Assembly: GCA_963718615.1 (NCBI GenBank)
Contig: OY970368.1
Span: forward strand, 1,568,001 to 1,632,000
DNA length: 64,000 nt
Reading direction: 5' to 3'
Source: an uncultured cyanobacterium
GTDB lineage: Bacteria > Cyanobacteriota > Cyanobacteriia > PCC-9006 > JAAUQQ01
The notes beneath the pieces were generated by a model, which worked only from the letters and a program-made list of their open reading frames with translations, was not told the DNA's origin and made no database searches. The first letter of the stretch is position 1, and every line of letters starts with the position of its first letter. A program made the position numbers and the translations under genes. This document shows, piece by piece, positions 10,028 to 19,828 of the stretch.

Positions 10028-11758
10028 ATGCGTGACCTCTCTTCCTTGGCTCATCAAACCTTTGATCTGGTCATTATTGGAGGTGGGATTAATGGTGCCG
10101 GAACTGCACGGGAAGCGGCACTGTCTGGCTTACGCACGTTATTAGTTGAGAAAGGAGACTATGGCAGCGGCACCAGCAGTTGGTCTAGTCGCCTCATCCA
10201 TGGGGGGCTCCGCTATCTAGAATATTTTGAGTTTAACCTCGTGCGGGAGTCCCTGCGGGAGCGGGAGATTTTGCTGCGGTCCGCGCCCCATTTGGTTCAG
10301 CCACTACAGATGACGATTCCGATTTACCAAAATAATCGGCGGGGACCAAGCCTGGTCCGAGCGGGGATGATGTTGTATGACCTGCTGAGTTTTGACAAAA
10401 CCTTACCGGGACATCGGATGTTGACTCCCTCATCGTTCCGTCAACTATTTCGAGGGGTCAATTGCACTGGGCTAACGGGAGCGGCGCAATATTACGATGG
10501 ACAGGTTGCCTATGCCGAACGGCTCTGCCTGGAAAATGTGCTCTCAGCGCAAGCAGCGGGTGCGACGGTGTTGAACTATGTCAAGGTTGAGCGATTGGAG
10601 CGGCAGACATCGGCAGATACTCAGGGGGAGCGGATTGGGGCGATCGCCCTCCAAGACCGCCTCACGGATCAAAGGCTCACGATCAACACCCACAACGCCA
10701 TCATTATCAATACCGCTGGCCCCTGGGTTGATCAAGTCTGCAAAATGGGGTGGCAAATAGACCAGCCTGACCCCCTTAGCCCCGATCGCCTCATGGGCGG
10801 CACCCAGGGCAGCCACATCATCGTCGATGCCTTTCCCGGTGCGCCGGAGGGGGCGCTTTACGTGGAGGCGGAAAGCGATGGGCGACCCTATTTCATTCTG
10901 CCTTGGCTGGGCAAATATCTCATTGGCACCACGGATCTGCGGTTTCATGGCGACCTGGATGCCGTCAAGGCGAGCGACGACGAAATTGACTATCTCTTGC
11001 GGGAAACCAATCGAGTCTTGCCCAGGGCGAGACTAACCCGTGACGATGTGCGCTTTACCTACGCAGGCGTTCGGCCCCTGCCCTATAGCGAGGGTAAAAA
11101 GACCAGCAGCATTACGCGCCGCCACATTTTGCATGACCACGCCCCCGCTACCGCAGGGGGAATTGAAAATCTGATTTCGTTGATTGGCGGAAAACTGACC
11201 ACCTATCGTCAGGTGGGGGAAGAGCTGGTACAGGCTGCTTGCCGAAAACTCAAGCGGTCTGCACCCGAGAGCCCAACCCGTGATCAGCCGTTGCCCGGTG
11301 CCGTGGGGTTGACGACGGAGGCGATCGCCCAAACCACAGACCAATACGCACACCGAGAGGTAGACCAACAGGTCGACCAAGACCCCCCCCAGATCTCACC
11401 CCAAACCATTAACCACCTCTTCCAGCTCTATGGCAGCCGTGCCAAGGCGGTCCTTCAGCTCACGGTAGATCATCCCAACCTAGGTCAAAAGTTGGTGCCG
11501 CATCTGCCCGATATTCGAGCTCAGATGGTCTACGGGATTGAAGCCGAGCAGGCGCAGACGCTGGTAGATCTGTGCTGTCGTCGGACGCTGGTGGCAATGA
11601 TGGGGAATTATGGTTGGGAGGCGCTGGATGGAGTGGTGTTAACGTTGCAACAGCATTGTGGCTGGAGCGAGGAAGAGGGCGATCGCCAACGGCAGGCTTA
11701 TCAAGCCCACATCAAGGCTCATGCGCGGCCAGACTACAGCGATGAACCTACAACCTAA
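10028..11758 (+). CDS. glpD: FAD-dependent glycerol-3-phosphate dehydrogenase
   Basis: IIGGGINGAG, SSRLIHGGLRYL and GGKLTTYR motifs; adjacent to ggpS. Confidence 0.92.
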   Translation: MRDLSSLAHQTFDLVIIGGGINGAGTAREAALSGLRTLLVEKGDYGSGTSSWSSRLIHGGLRYLEYFEFNLVRESLREREILLRSAPHLVQPLQMTIPIYQNNRRGPSLVRAGMMLYDLLSFDKTLPGHRMLTPSSFRQLFRGVNCTGLTGAAQYYDGQVAYAERLCLENVLSAQAAGATVLNYVKVERLERQTSADTQGERIGAIALQDRLTDQRLTINTHNAIIINTAGPWVDQVCKMGWQIDQPDPLSPDRLMGGTQGSHIIVDAFPGAPEGALYVEAESDGRPYFILPWLGKYLIGTTDLRFHGDLDAVKASDDEIDYLLRETNRVLPRARLTRDDVRFTYAGVRPLPYSEGKKTSSITRRHILHDHAPATAGGIENLISLIGGKLTTYRQVGEELVQAACRKLKRSAPESPTRDQPLPGAVGLTTEAIAQTTDQYAHREVDQQVDQDPPQISPQTINHLFQLYGSRAKAVLQLTVDHPNLGQKLVPHLPDIRAQMVYGIEAEQAQTLVDLCCRRTLVAMMGNYGWEALDGVVLTLQQHCGWSEEEGDRQRQAYQAHIKAHARPDYSDEPTT

Positions 11759-11770
11759 GGGTCTAGCCAC

Positions 11771-13297
11771 TCAACCCAAACAACGAATCGCTTCCAGCAA
11801 CCCCCTCGCCTTATTCAACGTTTCCTGATACTCACTCTCCGGCACTGAATCCGCCACCAGCCCCGCCCCCGCCTGCACACTGACTTGATGATGACCATCC
11901 CCCTGGGGTTGTACCATCATCGTGCGAATCGTAATCGCGCTATTGAGCTGACCTTCAAAGTCGTAGAAGCCATAAACCCCTGAGTAGGGACCGCGCCGAC
12001 AACCCTCTAGCTCATGGATAATCTCCATCGCCCGGATCTTCGGCGCACCGCTGACGGTACCCGCCGGGAAACAGGCCTTGAGCAAATCCCAGGCAGTTTT
12101 TCCCTCGGCCAGGTGACCCACCACATTGCTGACAATATGCATGACGTGGGAATAGCGCTCGATTACCATCAGCTCATTGACCTTGACGCTGCCGGGTTTG
12201 CACACGCGCCCCAGGTCATTGCGACCCAGATCCACCAGCATCACATGCTCCGCAATTTCCTTTGGGTCTTGGAGCAACTCTTCTGCATAGGCAACATCTT
12301 CGCCGTGGGTCTTACCCCGAGGTCTGGTGCCTGCGATCGGACGCACCGTCGCCACCCGCTCCGTGTGATCCGCTGACCATTCCGCCTTCACCATTACCTC
12401 TGGGCTTGACCCGATCAATTGCCAGTCCTTGAAGTTGAAATAGGCCATGTAGGGCGAGGGATTGATCAGCCGCAGCGATCGATACAACTGAAACGGATCC
12501 CCCTCAAACACTGTGCTCAACCGCTGGGAGATCACCACCTGAAAAATATCCCCAGCCCGAATATATTCCTTAGCCCGCTCCACATTGGCACAAAACTTCT
12601 CCTGCGGGGTGTTACTCGTCCAATCCAGGGTTTGTGGCGCTTTCCGCGAGGGTTTCCAGGAGAGCAAGGTGCTTTGGGCCGCGAGGGGCTGCTGGAGTTT
12701 GTGGACCAACTGCTGAACCCGATCACAAGCCTCCCCATAGGCCTTGGCCAAATCCGGTTCGGCTTGGAGATCGGCGTAGGCGATCGCCCAAATCTTCCGT
12801 TTCACCTGGTCAAAGATCAGCAGACTATCCACCTGCATCCAGAGGCCATCGGGTAAATCTTCCGGATTCTCCGGCCCATACACCGGCACACGGGACTCAA
12901 TCCAGTGAATCAGTTCATAGCCCCAAAATCCAAATAACCCCCCAATCCCTGGCGGCAGTTCGGGCAGCGTTACGGGTTTGTAGGGCGCAAGACGTTGGGC
13001 CAAGGTTTTGAAGGGATCCCCCTCAAAGGTCTCCATAGAACCATCGCGGAAGGTTTGGGTGGTGCGATCGCCCCGCGCCTCCAGCGTCCACAGCGGATTG
13101 CAGCCCAAAAAGCTATAGCGCCCGATCGTTTCGCCCCCTTCCACCGACTCCAGCAAAAAGCTATAGGGCTCCCCCGCACAGACCCGATACCAAGCAGAAA
13201 CCGGCGTATCGAGGTCAGCAACCCACTCTTGATAGACCGGGACGAAATTGCCTTGCTGCGCTAAGGTCTGAAATTCGTCAAAGCTTGGAAAAATCAT
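11771..13297 (-). CDS. trpE: Anthranilate synthase component I
   Basis: LLESVEGG, GDIFQVVISQR, PIAGTRPRG, EHVMLVDLGRND and FPAGTVSGAPK motifs. Confidence 0.95.
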   Translation of the reverse strand: MIFPSFDEFQTLAQQGNFVPVYQEWVADLDTPVSAWYRVCAGEPYSFLLESVEGGETIGRYSFLGCNPLWTLEARGDRTTQTFRDGSMETFEGDPFKTLAQRLAPYKPVTLPELPPGIGGLFGFWGYELIHWIESRVPVYGPENPEDLPDGLWMQVDSLLIFDQVKRKIWAIAYADLQAEPDLAKAYGEACDRVQQLVHKLQQPLAAQSTLLSWKPSRKAPQTLDWTSNTPQEKFCANVERAKEYIRAGDIFQVVISQRLSTVFEGDPFQLYRSLRLINPSPYMAYFNFKDWQLIGSSPEVMVKAEWSADHTERVATVRPIAGTRPRGKTHGEDVAYAEELLQDPKEIAEHVMLVDLGRNDLGRVCKPGSVKVNELMVIERYSHVMHIVSNVVGHLAEGKTAWDLLKACFPAGTVSGAPKIRAMEIIHELEGCRRGPYSGVYGFYDFEGQLNSAITIRTMMVQPQGDGHHQVSVQAGAGLVADSVPESEYQETLNKARGLLEAIRCLG

Positions 13298-13362
13298 GGA
13301 TAAAAAACCGTGGGCCGTTCGCCCCAAGACTGGACAAAGAACTAGACGAAGCTAAATAAAAA

Positions 13363-13428
13363 AAACACAAACACAAACACAAACACAAACACAAACACAA
13401 ACACAAACACAAACACAAACACAAACAC
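13363..13428. repeat. Microsatellite (AAACAC)11
   Basis: Eleven perfect hexamer copies counted in the psaD-trpE intergenic region. Confidence 0.95.
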
Positions 13429-13473
13429 AAAAATTATGGCAGCTAGCGGGAATTTCCCAGACTAACTGCCATA
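13429..13473 (-). terminator. Probable intrinsic terminator of psaD
   Basis: Stem TATGGCAG...CTGCCATA with inner pairing, followed on the minus strand by a T run. Confidence 0.6.
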
Positions 13474-13507
13474 TCCAGAGAACCATCCCTGACCGTAACC
13501 TAGACGA

Positions 13508-13936
13508 TTATTCGTCGTAGGTGGTCTTACCGGAGAATTTCACCTTGGAAGGCTCAGGATTTTCGCCAATAGGCCGGGGGTTATGATTAACCTTCTCACG
13601 ACCCTCATTCACTTTCTCGGGGAAAACGCCATCCTTAGGATGGAGATACTCGGTGTCACCACTGGGAAAAACCCGGTAAACCTTGTAATCGTCAATCTTC
13701 GGCTTGAATTTGGTCCGCAGTTGAGTTCCTAGGGCTAGGCACTGCTCTTTACGAGCCAAATAAAGAAGATTTTCCCCTTCGTTCATGATGGCTGCGCCAC
13801 CCGTGGGCATTTCAAAAACCTGCTCCTTCGAGCTGGTCCAGGTGATGGCGTATTTTTCTTCTGTCTCTGCCGCCTTCAGAAGGCCGCCCGTGCTGCCTCC
13901 AAATTTAGGCATCTGTCCTGTAAGTGCTTCTGACAT
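13508..13936 (-). CDS. psaD: Photosystem I reaction centre subunit II
   Basis: [20 protein letters not shown]...[14 protein letters not shown]...[12 protein letters not shown]. Confidence 0.98.
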   Translation of the reverse strand: MSEALTGQMPKFGGSTGGLLKAAETEEKYAITWTSSKEQVFEMPTGGAAIMNEGENLLYLARKEQCLALGTQLRTKFKPKIDDYKVYRVFPSGDTEYLHPKDGVFPEKVNEGREKVNHNPRPIGENPEPSKVKFSGKTTYDE

Positions 13937-14079
13937 AGGAATCGTTATTTGAATATTTTTACGGAATCCTAGCACCCAGTTTCCCCCATCCCGTAGGCAG
14001 AGACGCGAACTGTTACAGTTCTTCAGAGAATACAAGACCTTGAGTTCACGAGGGCTAAGCCGTTCCTTAGCTGGTCAAT

Positions 14080-14790
14080 ATGGCCTATCAATCCATTTTG
14101 TTTTACAAACCTTATAACGTTCTGTGTCAGTTTACGAACCCAGAGGCGTTGGACTGTCTGACTTTAAAAGACTTTGTTGCGTTGCCGCAGCTCTATCCGG
14201 TGGGGCGTCTCGATCGCGATAGTGAAGGTCTACTGCTACTCACCAACCATGGAGCCCTCAAACATCGGCTGATCCATCCCCAGTTTTATCATCCTCGAAC
14301 CTATTGGGCGCAGGTGGAGGGGATCCCCGAGGAAGCTGCCTTGGAACAACTGCGTCAGGGCGTCAGGATTAAGGGAGAGTATCAAACCCGGCCTGCTCAG
14401 GTGGAGCGATTGGCAGTTGCACCGAACCTACCCGAGCGGGAGCCACCGATTCGGTTTCGTAAAACAGTGCCTACGGCTTGGCTGACCCTAACGCTTACGG
14501 AGGGACGCAACCGCCAGGTGCGCCGGATGACGGCGGCGGTGGGGCTGCCGACACTGCGGCTGGTGCGGGCGGCGATAGGTCTCTTCAGGTTGCCCTCCGA
14601 GTCGAATGGCTTGCCCGCGCCCTTCGCGACTGGCGATGCACCTTGGCTGACCCTTGATGGCCTCCAGCCTGGGGAATGGCGATCGCCCACCCCCCCCGAA
14701 CAAGCTGCCCTCACGGGTCTTTTGCAGTCTCCGCGATCGCCCCAGCACCGCCGTCCAACCCCCTTGCCTCAGCGGCGATCGCGCCCGTAG
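14080..14790 (+). CDS. rRNA pseudouridine synthase (RsuA/RluE family)
   Basis: YKPYNV, VGRLDRDSEGLLLLTN and EGRNRQVRRMTA motifs. Confidence 0.92.
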   Translation: MAYQSILFYKPYNVLCQFTNPEALDCLTLKDFVALPQLYPVGRLDRDSEGLLLLTNHGALKHRLIHPQFYHPRTYWAQVEGIPEEAALEQLRQGVRIKGEYQTRPAQVERLAVAPNLPEREPPIRFRKTVPTAWLTLTLTEGRNRQVRRMTAAVGLPTLRLVRAAIGLFRLPSESNGLPAPFATGDAPWLTLDGLQPGEWRSPTPPEQAALTGLLQSPRSPQHRRPTPLPQRRSRP

Positions 14791-15007
14791 TTTCCCTGGT
14801 CAGCTAGTTTTCCTTTTGATAGACGCACCCTGAAAAATGCGGAGACCAATAGGCGAGAAGAAAAATCGTTTGGGTAATCTTCGGCTGTACATCGATTGTG
14901 ACCTTGGGCACACTAAGGCTAACCGATGAGAATGCTGTGGTCATCGCTTCCGCTGCTGACAATGGCAGCTTTGACCGCACTGTTCTTCGCAGCTTGAGAG
15001 CAAGATT

Positions 15008-16522
15008 ATGCCGACGAACCGTCAATCCTCTTCGCCGTTGTCGCTGTCTGCCCTAAGGGAGCCAACGGGCGATCGCCTGGTGGGTTTCTCACAATCGAAT
15101 TTGGGGATGCGATCGCTGGCCTCCAAGGAAGCCCTAGCGGAATGTTTGGCTCAGGCCCAAGCCCAAGAGGACCAACGGGTTCAAATTGCGGAGCTGGTGC
15201 GGATCAACGAGCAGCTACAACAGGAAATGGAGGCGCGAACGGCCCAATTGCAGCAGGCGCTGGAGTATGAGGCAGCCCTCAAACGCATTACCGATCGCGT
15301 GCGTGACAGTCTTGACGAACATCAGATTTTGCAAAATGCCGTGCAGGAGTTGGCGGTCGTCCTCAATGCCAGCGGCTGCAACGCGGCGCTCTATGACCTG
15401 ACGGAAGGTACGTCAACGGTTCGCTACGAATACACCGCTGCCTCTCCCGCCTTTCAGGGCCGAGTGGCCAAGATGAACAACGCCCCCCAGCTCTATGAAC
15501 AGTTGCTCAAGGGGGAGTATTTCCAGTTTTGTTCCTTAGTGCCCCATCCCGAGCGAGGCCGGGTGGCGATGCTGGCCTGTCCGATTTTGGATGACCAGGG
15601 CGTCATGGGGGATCTGTGGCTGATTAACCAAACTGGCTATAGCTTTAGCGAGTTAGAAATTCGGTTGGTTCAGCAGGCGGCGAATCAGTGTGCGATCGCC
15701 ATTCGTCAAGCCCGACTCTACCAGGCCGCCCAGGCCCAGGTGCAAATGTTGGAGCGACTCAATCAGCTCAAGGACGACTTTCTCAGTACCGTTTCCCACG
15801 AGCTGCGCACCCCTATGACCAACATGAAAATGGGGATCCAAATGTTAACGATGAAGATGGAACGGGTGCTCGAAACGGCTCCGCCAGAGGTCGCCAGAGC
15901 TGCGGCAGATATGCAGGTCGATCACTACCTCAAAATTCTGCGGGTCGAATGTGAACGGGAAATTAATCTGATTAACGACCTGCTCGATCTTCAACAACTG
16001 GAGCAAGAGGGTCATAATCTGCCTTGCCAAGTCATTGATCTCAACGCTTGGCTGAGTCGCTTGGTCGATCCCTTCTATGCGCGGGTCCAGCAGCATCAGC
16101 AGCAGTTGATCGTCCAGCTTCAGCCTGATCTACCGACAATTTTTTCCCACGCAGGATGCCTGACTCGAATCCTCTCGGAGCTGCTGAACAACGCCTGTAA
16201 ATATACGCCGAAAGCTGGTGAAATCACGGTCGACATTGCTCAGAAAGATCAGGCTTTATACCTTCAAGTGATCAATACCGGCATTGAAATTGCCCCCCAA
16301 GAACTCAACCGGATTTTTGAAAAGTTCTACCGGGTGCCCAGTTCCGATCCTTGGGGACAACCGGGGACCGGCTTGGGACTCGCCTTGGTTCAAGGATTGG
16401 TCCATCGACTCGGCGGTCACATCGTTGCCACCAGTGGCGCTGGAAAAACGACGTTTAGGGTTGAGCTTCCTTGCGATCGCCCCTCGCCCGTTACAGATCT
16501 TTGTCGCTCCCCAGGGGGTTAA
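15008..16522 (+). CDS. GAF-domain sensor histidine kinase
   Basis: Coiled coil plus GAF; H-box VSHELRTP, N-box ELLNNACKY, G-box GTGLGL. Confidence 0.9.
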   Translation: MPTNRQSSSPLSLSALREPTGDRLVGFSQSNLGMRSLASKEALAECLAQAQAQEDQRVQIAELVRINEQLQQEMEARTAQLQQALEYEAALKRITDRVRDSLDEHQILQNAVQELAVVLNASGCNAALYDLTEGTSTVRYEYTAASPAFQGRVAKMNNAPQLYEQLLKGEYFQFCSLVPHPERGRVAMLACPILDDQGVMGDLWLINQTGYSFSELEIRLVQQAANQCAIAIRQARLYQAAQAQVQMLERLNQLKDDFLSTVSHELRTPMTNMKMGIQMLTMKMERVLETAPPEVARAAADMQVDHYLKILRVECEREINLINDLLDLQQLEQEGHNLPCQVIDLNAWLSRLVDPFYARVQQHQQQLIVQLQPDLPTIFSHAGCLTRILSELLNNACKYTPKAGEITVDIAQKDQALYLQVINTGIEIAPQELNRIFEKFYRVPSSDPWGQPGTGLGLALVQGLVHRLGGHIVATSGAGKTTFRVELPCDRPSPVTDLCRSPGG

Positions 16523-16652
16523 GGCAGGGTCTTCCTGACCCGGAAAAATCATGTAACCTTAGTAGTATCAGGACTCAAGGATTTGCAGTGTGTCTCTCCA
16601 TTGGTTGTCTTTCGGTTTGCGATTCCCTCTCATTATTTTTTGTTAGCCCGCA

Positions 16653-17963
16653 ATGTTGACCTGCTCCCAGTGCCGATTCGAAAATCCCACAGAGAATCGG
16701 TTCTGTCAGAGATGTGGGGCACCTTTGATGGGCAGCGTTGAGGCTGCAGCGGATCCGCTTGTCGGAATTGATCTACAAATTGATCTACAAAGCGACACCC
16801 CTCCCGCCGATGATGGGGAGGAGCCATGGGAGGCTTTTGGGCTCGATGAACAGTCCGAAGACCCAACGGTGCCCTTAAATTTTGACGAAGTGAGTAACCT
16901 TCCGACTGAGCCTCCTGAAGATCTGGCCCCGGAAGACTTGGCCCCGGAAGACTTGGCCCCGGCAGATCTGGTCCTTAACGAGCTAGACGACTTACCAGAA
17001 ATCACCTCGCCACCCCTAGACCTCACCCCAGAGGCCGAGCCCCTGGATACAGAGTCGGTCTTGCCGATGCCAGCCTTTGAGGAAATGCGCACGGTCCGCC
17101 CCGATGAAGATTTGCCCACGATGGTGCTGCCGATGCAGTTGGCTCGGCTAGAGAGTGCGGGGGCAACCCATGTGGGCCGCCAGCGGGAGCATAACGAGGA
17201 TTTTTTTGATACCTATACTGAGATGACCGCTGCCGAGAGTCCCATGGGACAGATTGTGCAGGCCCGAGGTCTTTATATTCTCTGCGATGGCATGGGGGGG
17301 CACAGTGCAGGCGAAGTCGCCAGCGCCATGGCGGTGGAACAGCTTAAAAATTACTTCAAACTTCACTGGAAAGAGACGTTGCCGGATGAAGACTGTATTC
17401 GTCAAGGTATTTTTGCAGCGAATCAAGCCATCTTTGAAGTGAATGAAGCCCATGAGAGCGCAGGTAGCGGACGAATGGGGACAACCCTCGTGCTGATGCT
17501 GTTGCAAAACACCCAGGTGGCGATCGCCCATGTCGGCGACAGTCGGCTCTATGCCTATTCCCGTCGCTACGGCCTCGAACAGCTGACTCTGGATCACGAG
17601 GTCGGACAGCTAGAGGTCCTGCGGGGCGTCGATCCGGAAGTAGCCTATGCGCGCCCGGAGTCCTATCAGCTCACCCAAGCGATGGGACCCAAAGACAATG
17701 ATTACCTCAGCCCGGATATTCAGTTTGTGGATATCCAAGAAGACACCCTGTTTCTGCTCTGTTCCGATGGTCTGTCGGACTACGACTTTTTAGAAGAGCA
17801 GGCTCAAGACCGCATTGAACCCCTCCTCAGTTCCCGTGCTTCGCTCGAACAGGGCATGGGTGAACTGATTTCCTTGGCAAACGAATTCAATGGTCATGAC
17901 AACATCACGGCCATTGCCATTCGCGCCAAGGTCCGTCCAGACCCCCGAGCCCTCAGGAACTAA
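16653..17963 (+). CDS. PP2C-family Ser/Thr phosphatase with N-terminal zinc ribbon and acidic linker
   Basis: Two CxxC pairs; GRQREHNED, CDGMGGH, HVGDSR, CSDGL and GHDNIT motifs. Confidence 0.92.
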   Translation: MLTCSQCRFENPTENRFCQRCGAPLMGSVEAAADPLVGIDLQIDLQSDTPPADDGEEPWEAFGLDEQSEDPTVPLNFDEVSNLPTEPPEDLAPEDLAPEDLAPADLVLNELDDLPEITSPPLDLTPEAEPLDTESVLPMPAFEEMRTVRPDEDLPTMVLPMQLARLESAGATHVGRQREHNEDFFDTYTEMTAAESPMGQIVQARGLYILCDGMGGHSAGEVASAMAVEQLKNYFKLHWKETLPDEDCIRQGIFAANQAIFEVNEAHESAGSGRMGTTLVLMLLQNTQVAIAHVGDSRLYAYSRRYGLEQLTLDHEVGQLEVLRGVDPEVAYARPESYQLTQAMGPKDNDYLSPDIQFVDIQEDTLFLLCSDGLSDYDFLEEQAQDRIEPLLSSRASLEQGMGELISLANEFNGHDNITAIAIRAKVRPDPRALRN

Positions 17964-17977
17964 AACCACGATTCCCC

Positions 17978-19627
17978 GTGATCATACTGGCGCTGCTTAA
18001 ATCCAATGGTCGCACCCCGCTTCAGTGGTGGACTTTCCGTGAGGCAAAACCCATCTCAGTGGGCCGCTCCCTGAGCAATCAGGTGATTGTGCGAAATTCC
18101 CATGTGTCCCGTCACCATTGCGAACTGCGCCCGGTGTATCAGCCGGATCAATCGATCGCCTGGGAGCTCATTAGCCAGGGCAAAAATGGCACCTTTTTAG
18201 AGGGCAAACTGATTTCCCAGGTTCTCTTGAGCGATAATGCCACCATTCAGCTTGCGCCCAAGGGGCCTGTGCTTAAGGTTTATTTGCGCGATCGCATTCC
18301 CAATCGCGAAGAGCTGATTTTCTCATCCTTGGGTTCTGACCCCAAGCCTACCAATGGGGATTCTGAGGACAATCCAGAAGCGGGTCTAGAGCTTGTAGTC
18401 CCCGCGATCGCCCCCGCGATCGCCCTAGATCGGATAACGGATATCACTCCCCTAGATTTGTCATCGGTTTCTGATGTAGCCAAGGGGCAGTCTAAGAATA
18501 AACCTCAGAGTTTGTCTCAGAGTCCGTCTCAGGGTCCGTCTCAGGGTCCGCCTGCGGCTGTTTGTCCGGTACCCGCTCCCACTGAGTTTCGACTGTCCGG
18601 CTCAATCCGCCCGTTCGTGCCCCTACGGTCTGTGGTGGAAGACCGTATTCGACCACTGAACCCCTCGGAACCGGCCCCAGCCCCTTGGAACGACCCCAGT
18701 GATCTGTCCACGGCGGGGAGCGGTTGCACTCACCCCGGTAACCCGCCGGGCAATTTGCTTTGCATTCACTGTGGCCATCCCCTGCGAGTGATGCGCAATG
18801 TTCGCCATTACCAGCTTCTGAGGATTTTGGGCCAAGGGGGGATGGGAACGACGTTTTTGGCTTGGCGATTGCCCCGGCAGCCCTCCCAGCCTTCGCCCCC
18901 GATCCCGGAAACGCCACCCCAAAGTCCTGGTCAACGCCTAGTGGTGGTGAAGCAGCTCAATCCGGAAATTGCGGCGATCGCCAAGGCCCGTGAACTCTTC
19001 GAGCGAGAAGCGGCGGTGCTCCAGCGGATGAATCACCCTGGCATTCCCAAGTTTCTGGATGCCTTTTCCGAGGGCGACCAAGCCTATCTGGTGATGGAGT
19101 TAGTCCATGGCCAGAACCTGGAGCAATACGTTCTCAAACAGGGAGCCGCTGAACCGGCCCAGGCGATCCAGTGGATGCAGCAGACCTGTGATGTCTTGCA
19201 TCACTTACATACCCAGCATCCGCCAATTCTGCATCGGGATATCAAGCCAGCGAATCTGCTCCGGCAATACCGGGATGGACGCATTGTCGTGGTCGATTTT
19301 GGCGCGGTCAAGGCCATGGCGGGGGCCATGGGCACCTGCATTAAGGCGGAGGGCTACACGGCTCCTGAGCAGGAAAGTGGCAAGCCGATGATTGAATCGG
19401 ACCTATTTTCCGTCGGCGCAACGTTGGTCTTTTTAGTGACCCGTAGGAGCCCGCTCGATTTTTATACTGCCCTAGCGGACAATGCCCCTAATTTGAATGA
19501 AATCGCCCAGATGCCAGTGAGCTTGCGCCGGGTTTTGACCAAGGTATTGGCTTTGAATGCGAGCGATCGCTACAGCTCCGCCCTCGAACTCAAGCTGGCG
19601 CTGACGGCCTGCCTCGACGATTGTTAA
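17978..19627 (+). CDS. FHA-domain Hanks-type Ser/Thr protein kinase
   Basis: FHA (VGR..VSRHH..NGT), LGQGGMG, VVVK, HRDIKPAN, DFG and APE motifs. Confidence 0.9.
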   Translation: MIILALLKSNGRTPLQWWTFREAKPISVGRSLSNQVIVRNSHVSRHHCELRPVYQPDQSIAWELISQGKNGTFLEGKLISQVLLSDNATIQLAPKGPVLKVYLRDRIPNREELIFSSLGSDPKPTNGDSEDNPEAGLELVVPAIAPAIALDRITDITPLDLSSVSDVAKGQSKNKPQSLSQSPSQGPSQGPPAAVCPVPAPTEFRLSGSIRPFVPLRSVVEDRIRPLNPSEPAPAPWNDPSDLSTAGSGCTHPGNPPGNLLCIHCGHPLRVMRNVRHYQLLRILGQGGMGTTFLAWRLPRQPSQPSPPIPETPPQSPGQRLVVVKQLNPEIAAIAKARELFEREAAVLQRMNHPGIPKFLDAFSEGDQAYLVMELVHGQNLEQYVLKQGAAEPAQAIQWMQQTCDVLHHLHTQHPPILHRDIKPANLLRQYRDGRIVVVDFGAVKAMAGAMGTCIKAEGYTAPEQESGKPMIESDLFSVGATLVFLVTRRSPLDFYTALADNAPNLNEIAQMPVSLRRVLTKVLALNASDRYSSALELKLALTACLDDC

Positions 19628-19828
19628 AGGCCTTGAATCCGGCCAAACAAGAACAAAAGAACTATAATAAACGCATCAGGATTTGTTGAGTCGATCTCCG
19701 GCTCGGCACGGCTTAACGCTATATTTGGGGGTGGCTGCGTTGACCTAGCCTGTATCTAGCGTTAGGTGTCAGGATAGGCAGAGTCGACGCACCCTTATCT
19801 TACGCCTCTTTGTTTGGGTTGATTGCTT

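Noticed and set aside
13300-13475. Trp attenuator upstream of trpE
   Set aside because: The repeat gives Val-Phe or Cys-Leu codons, not Trp, and no leader peptide is evident; the hairpin fits a psaD terminator
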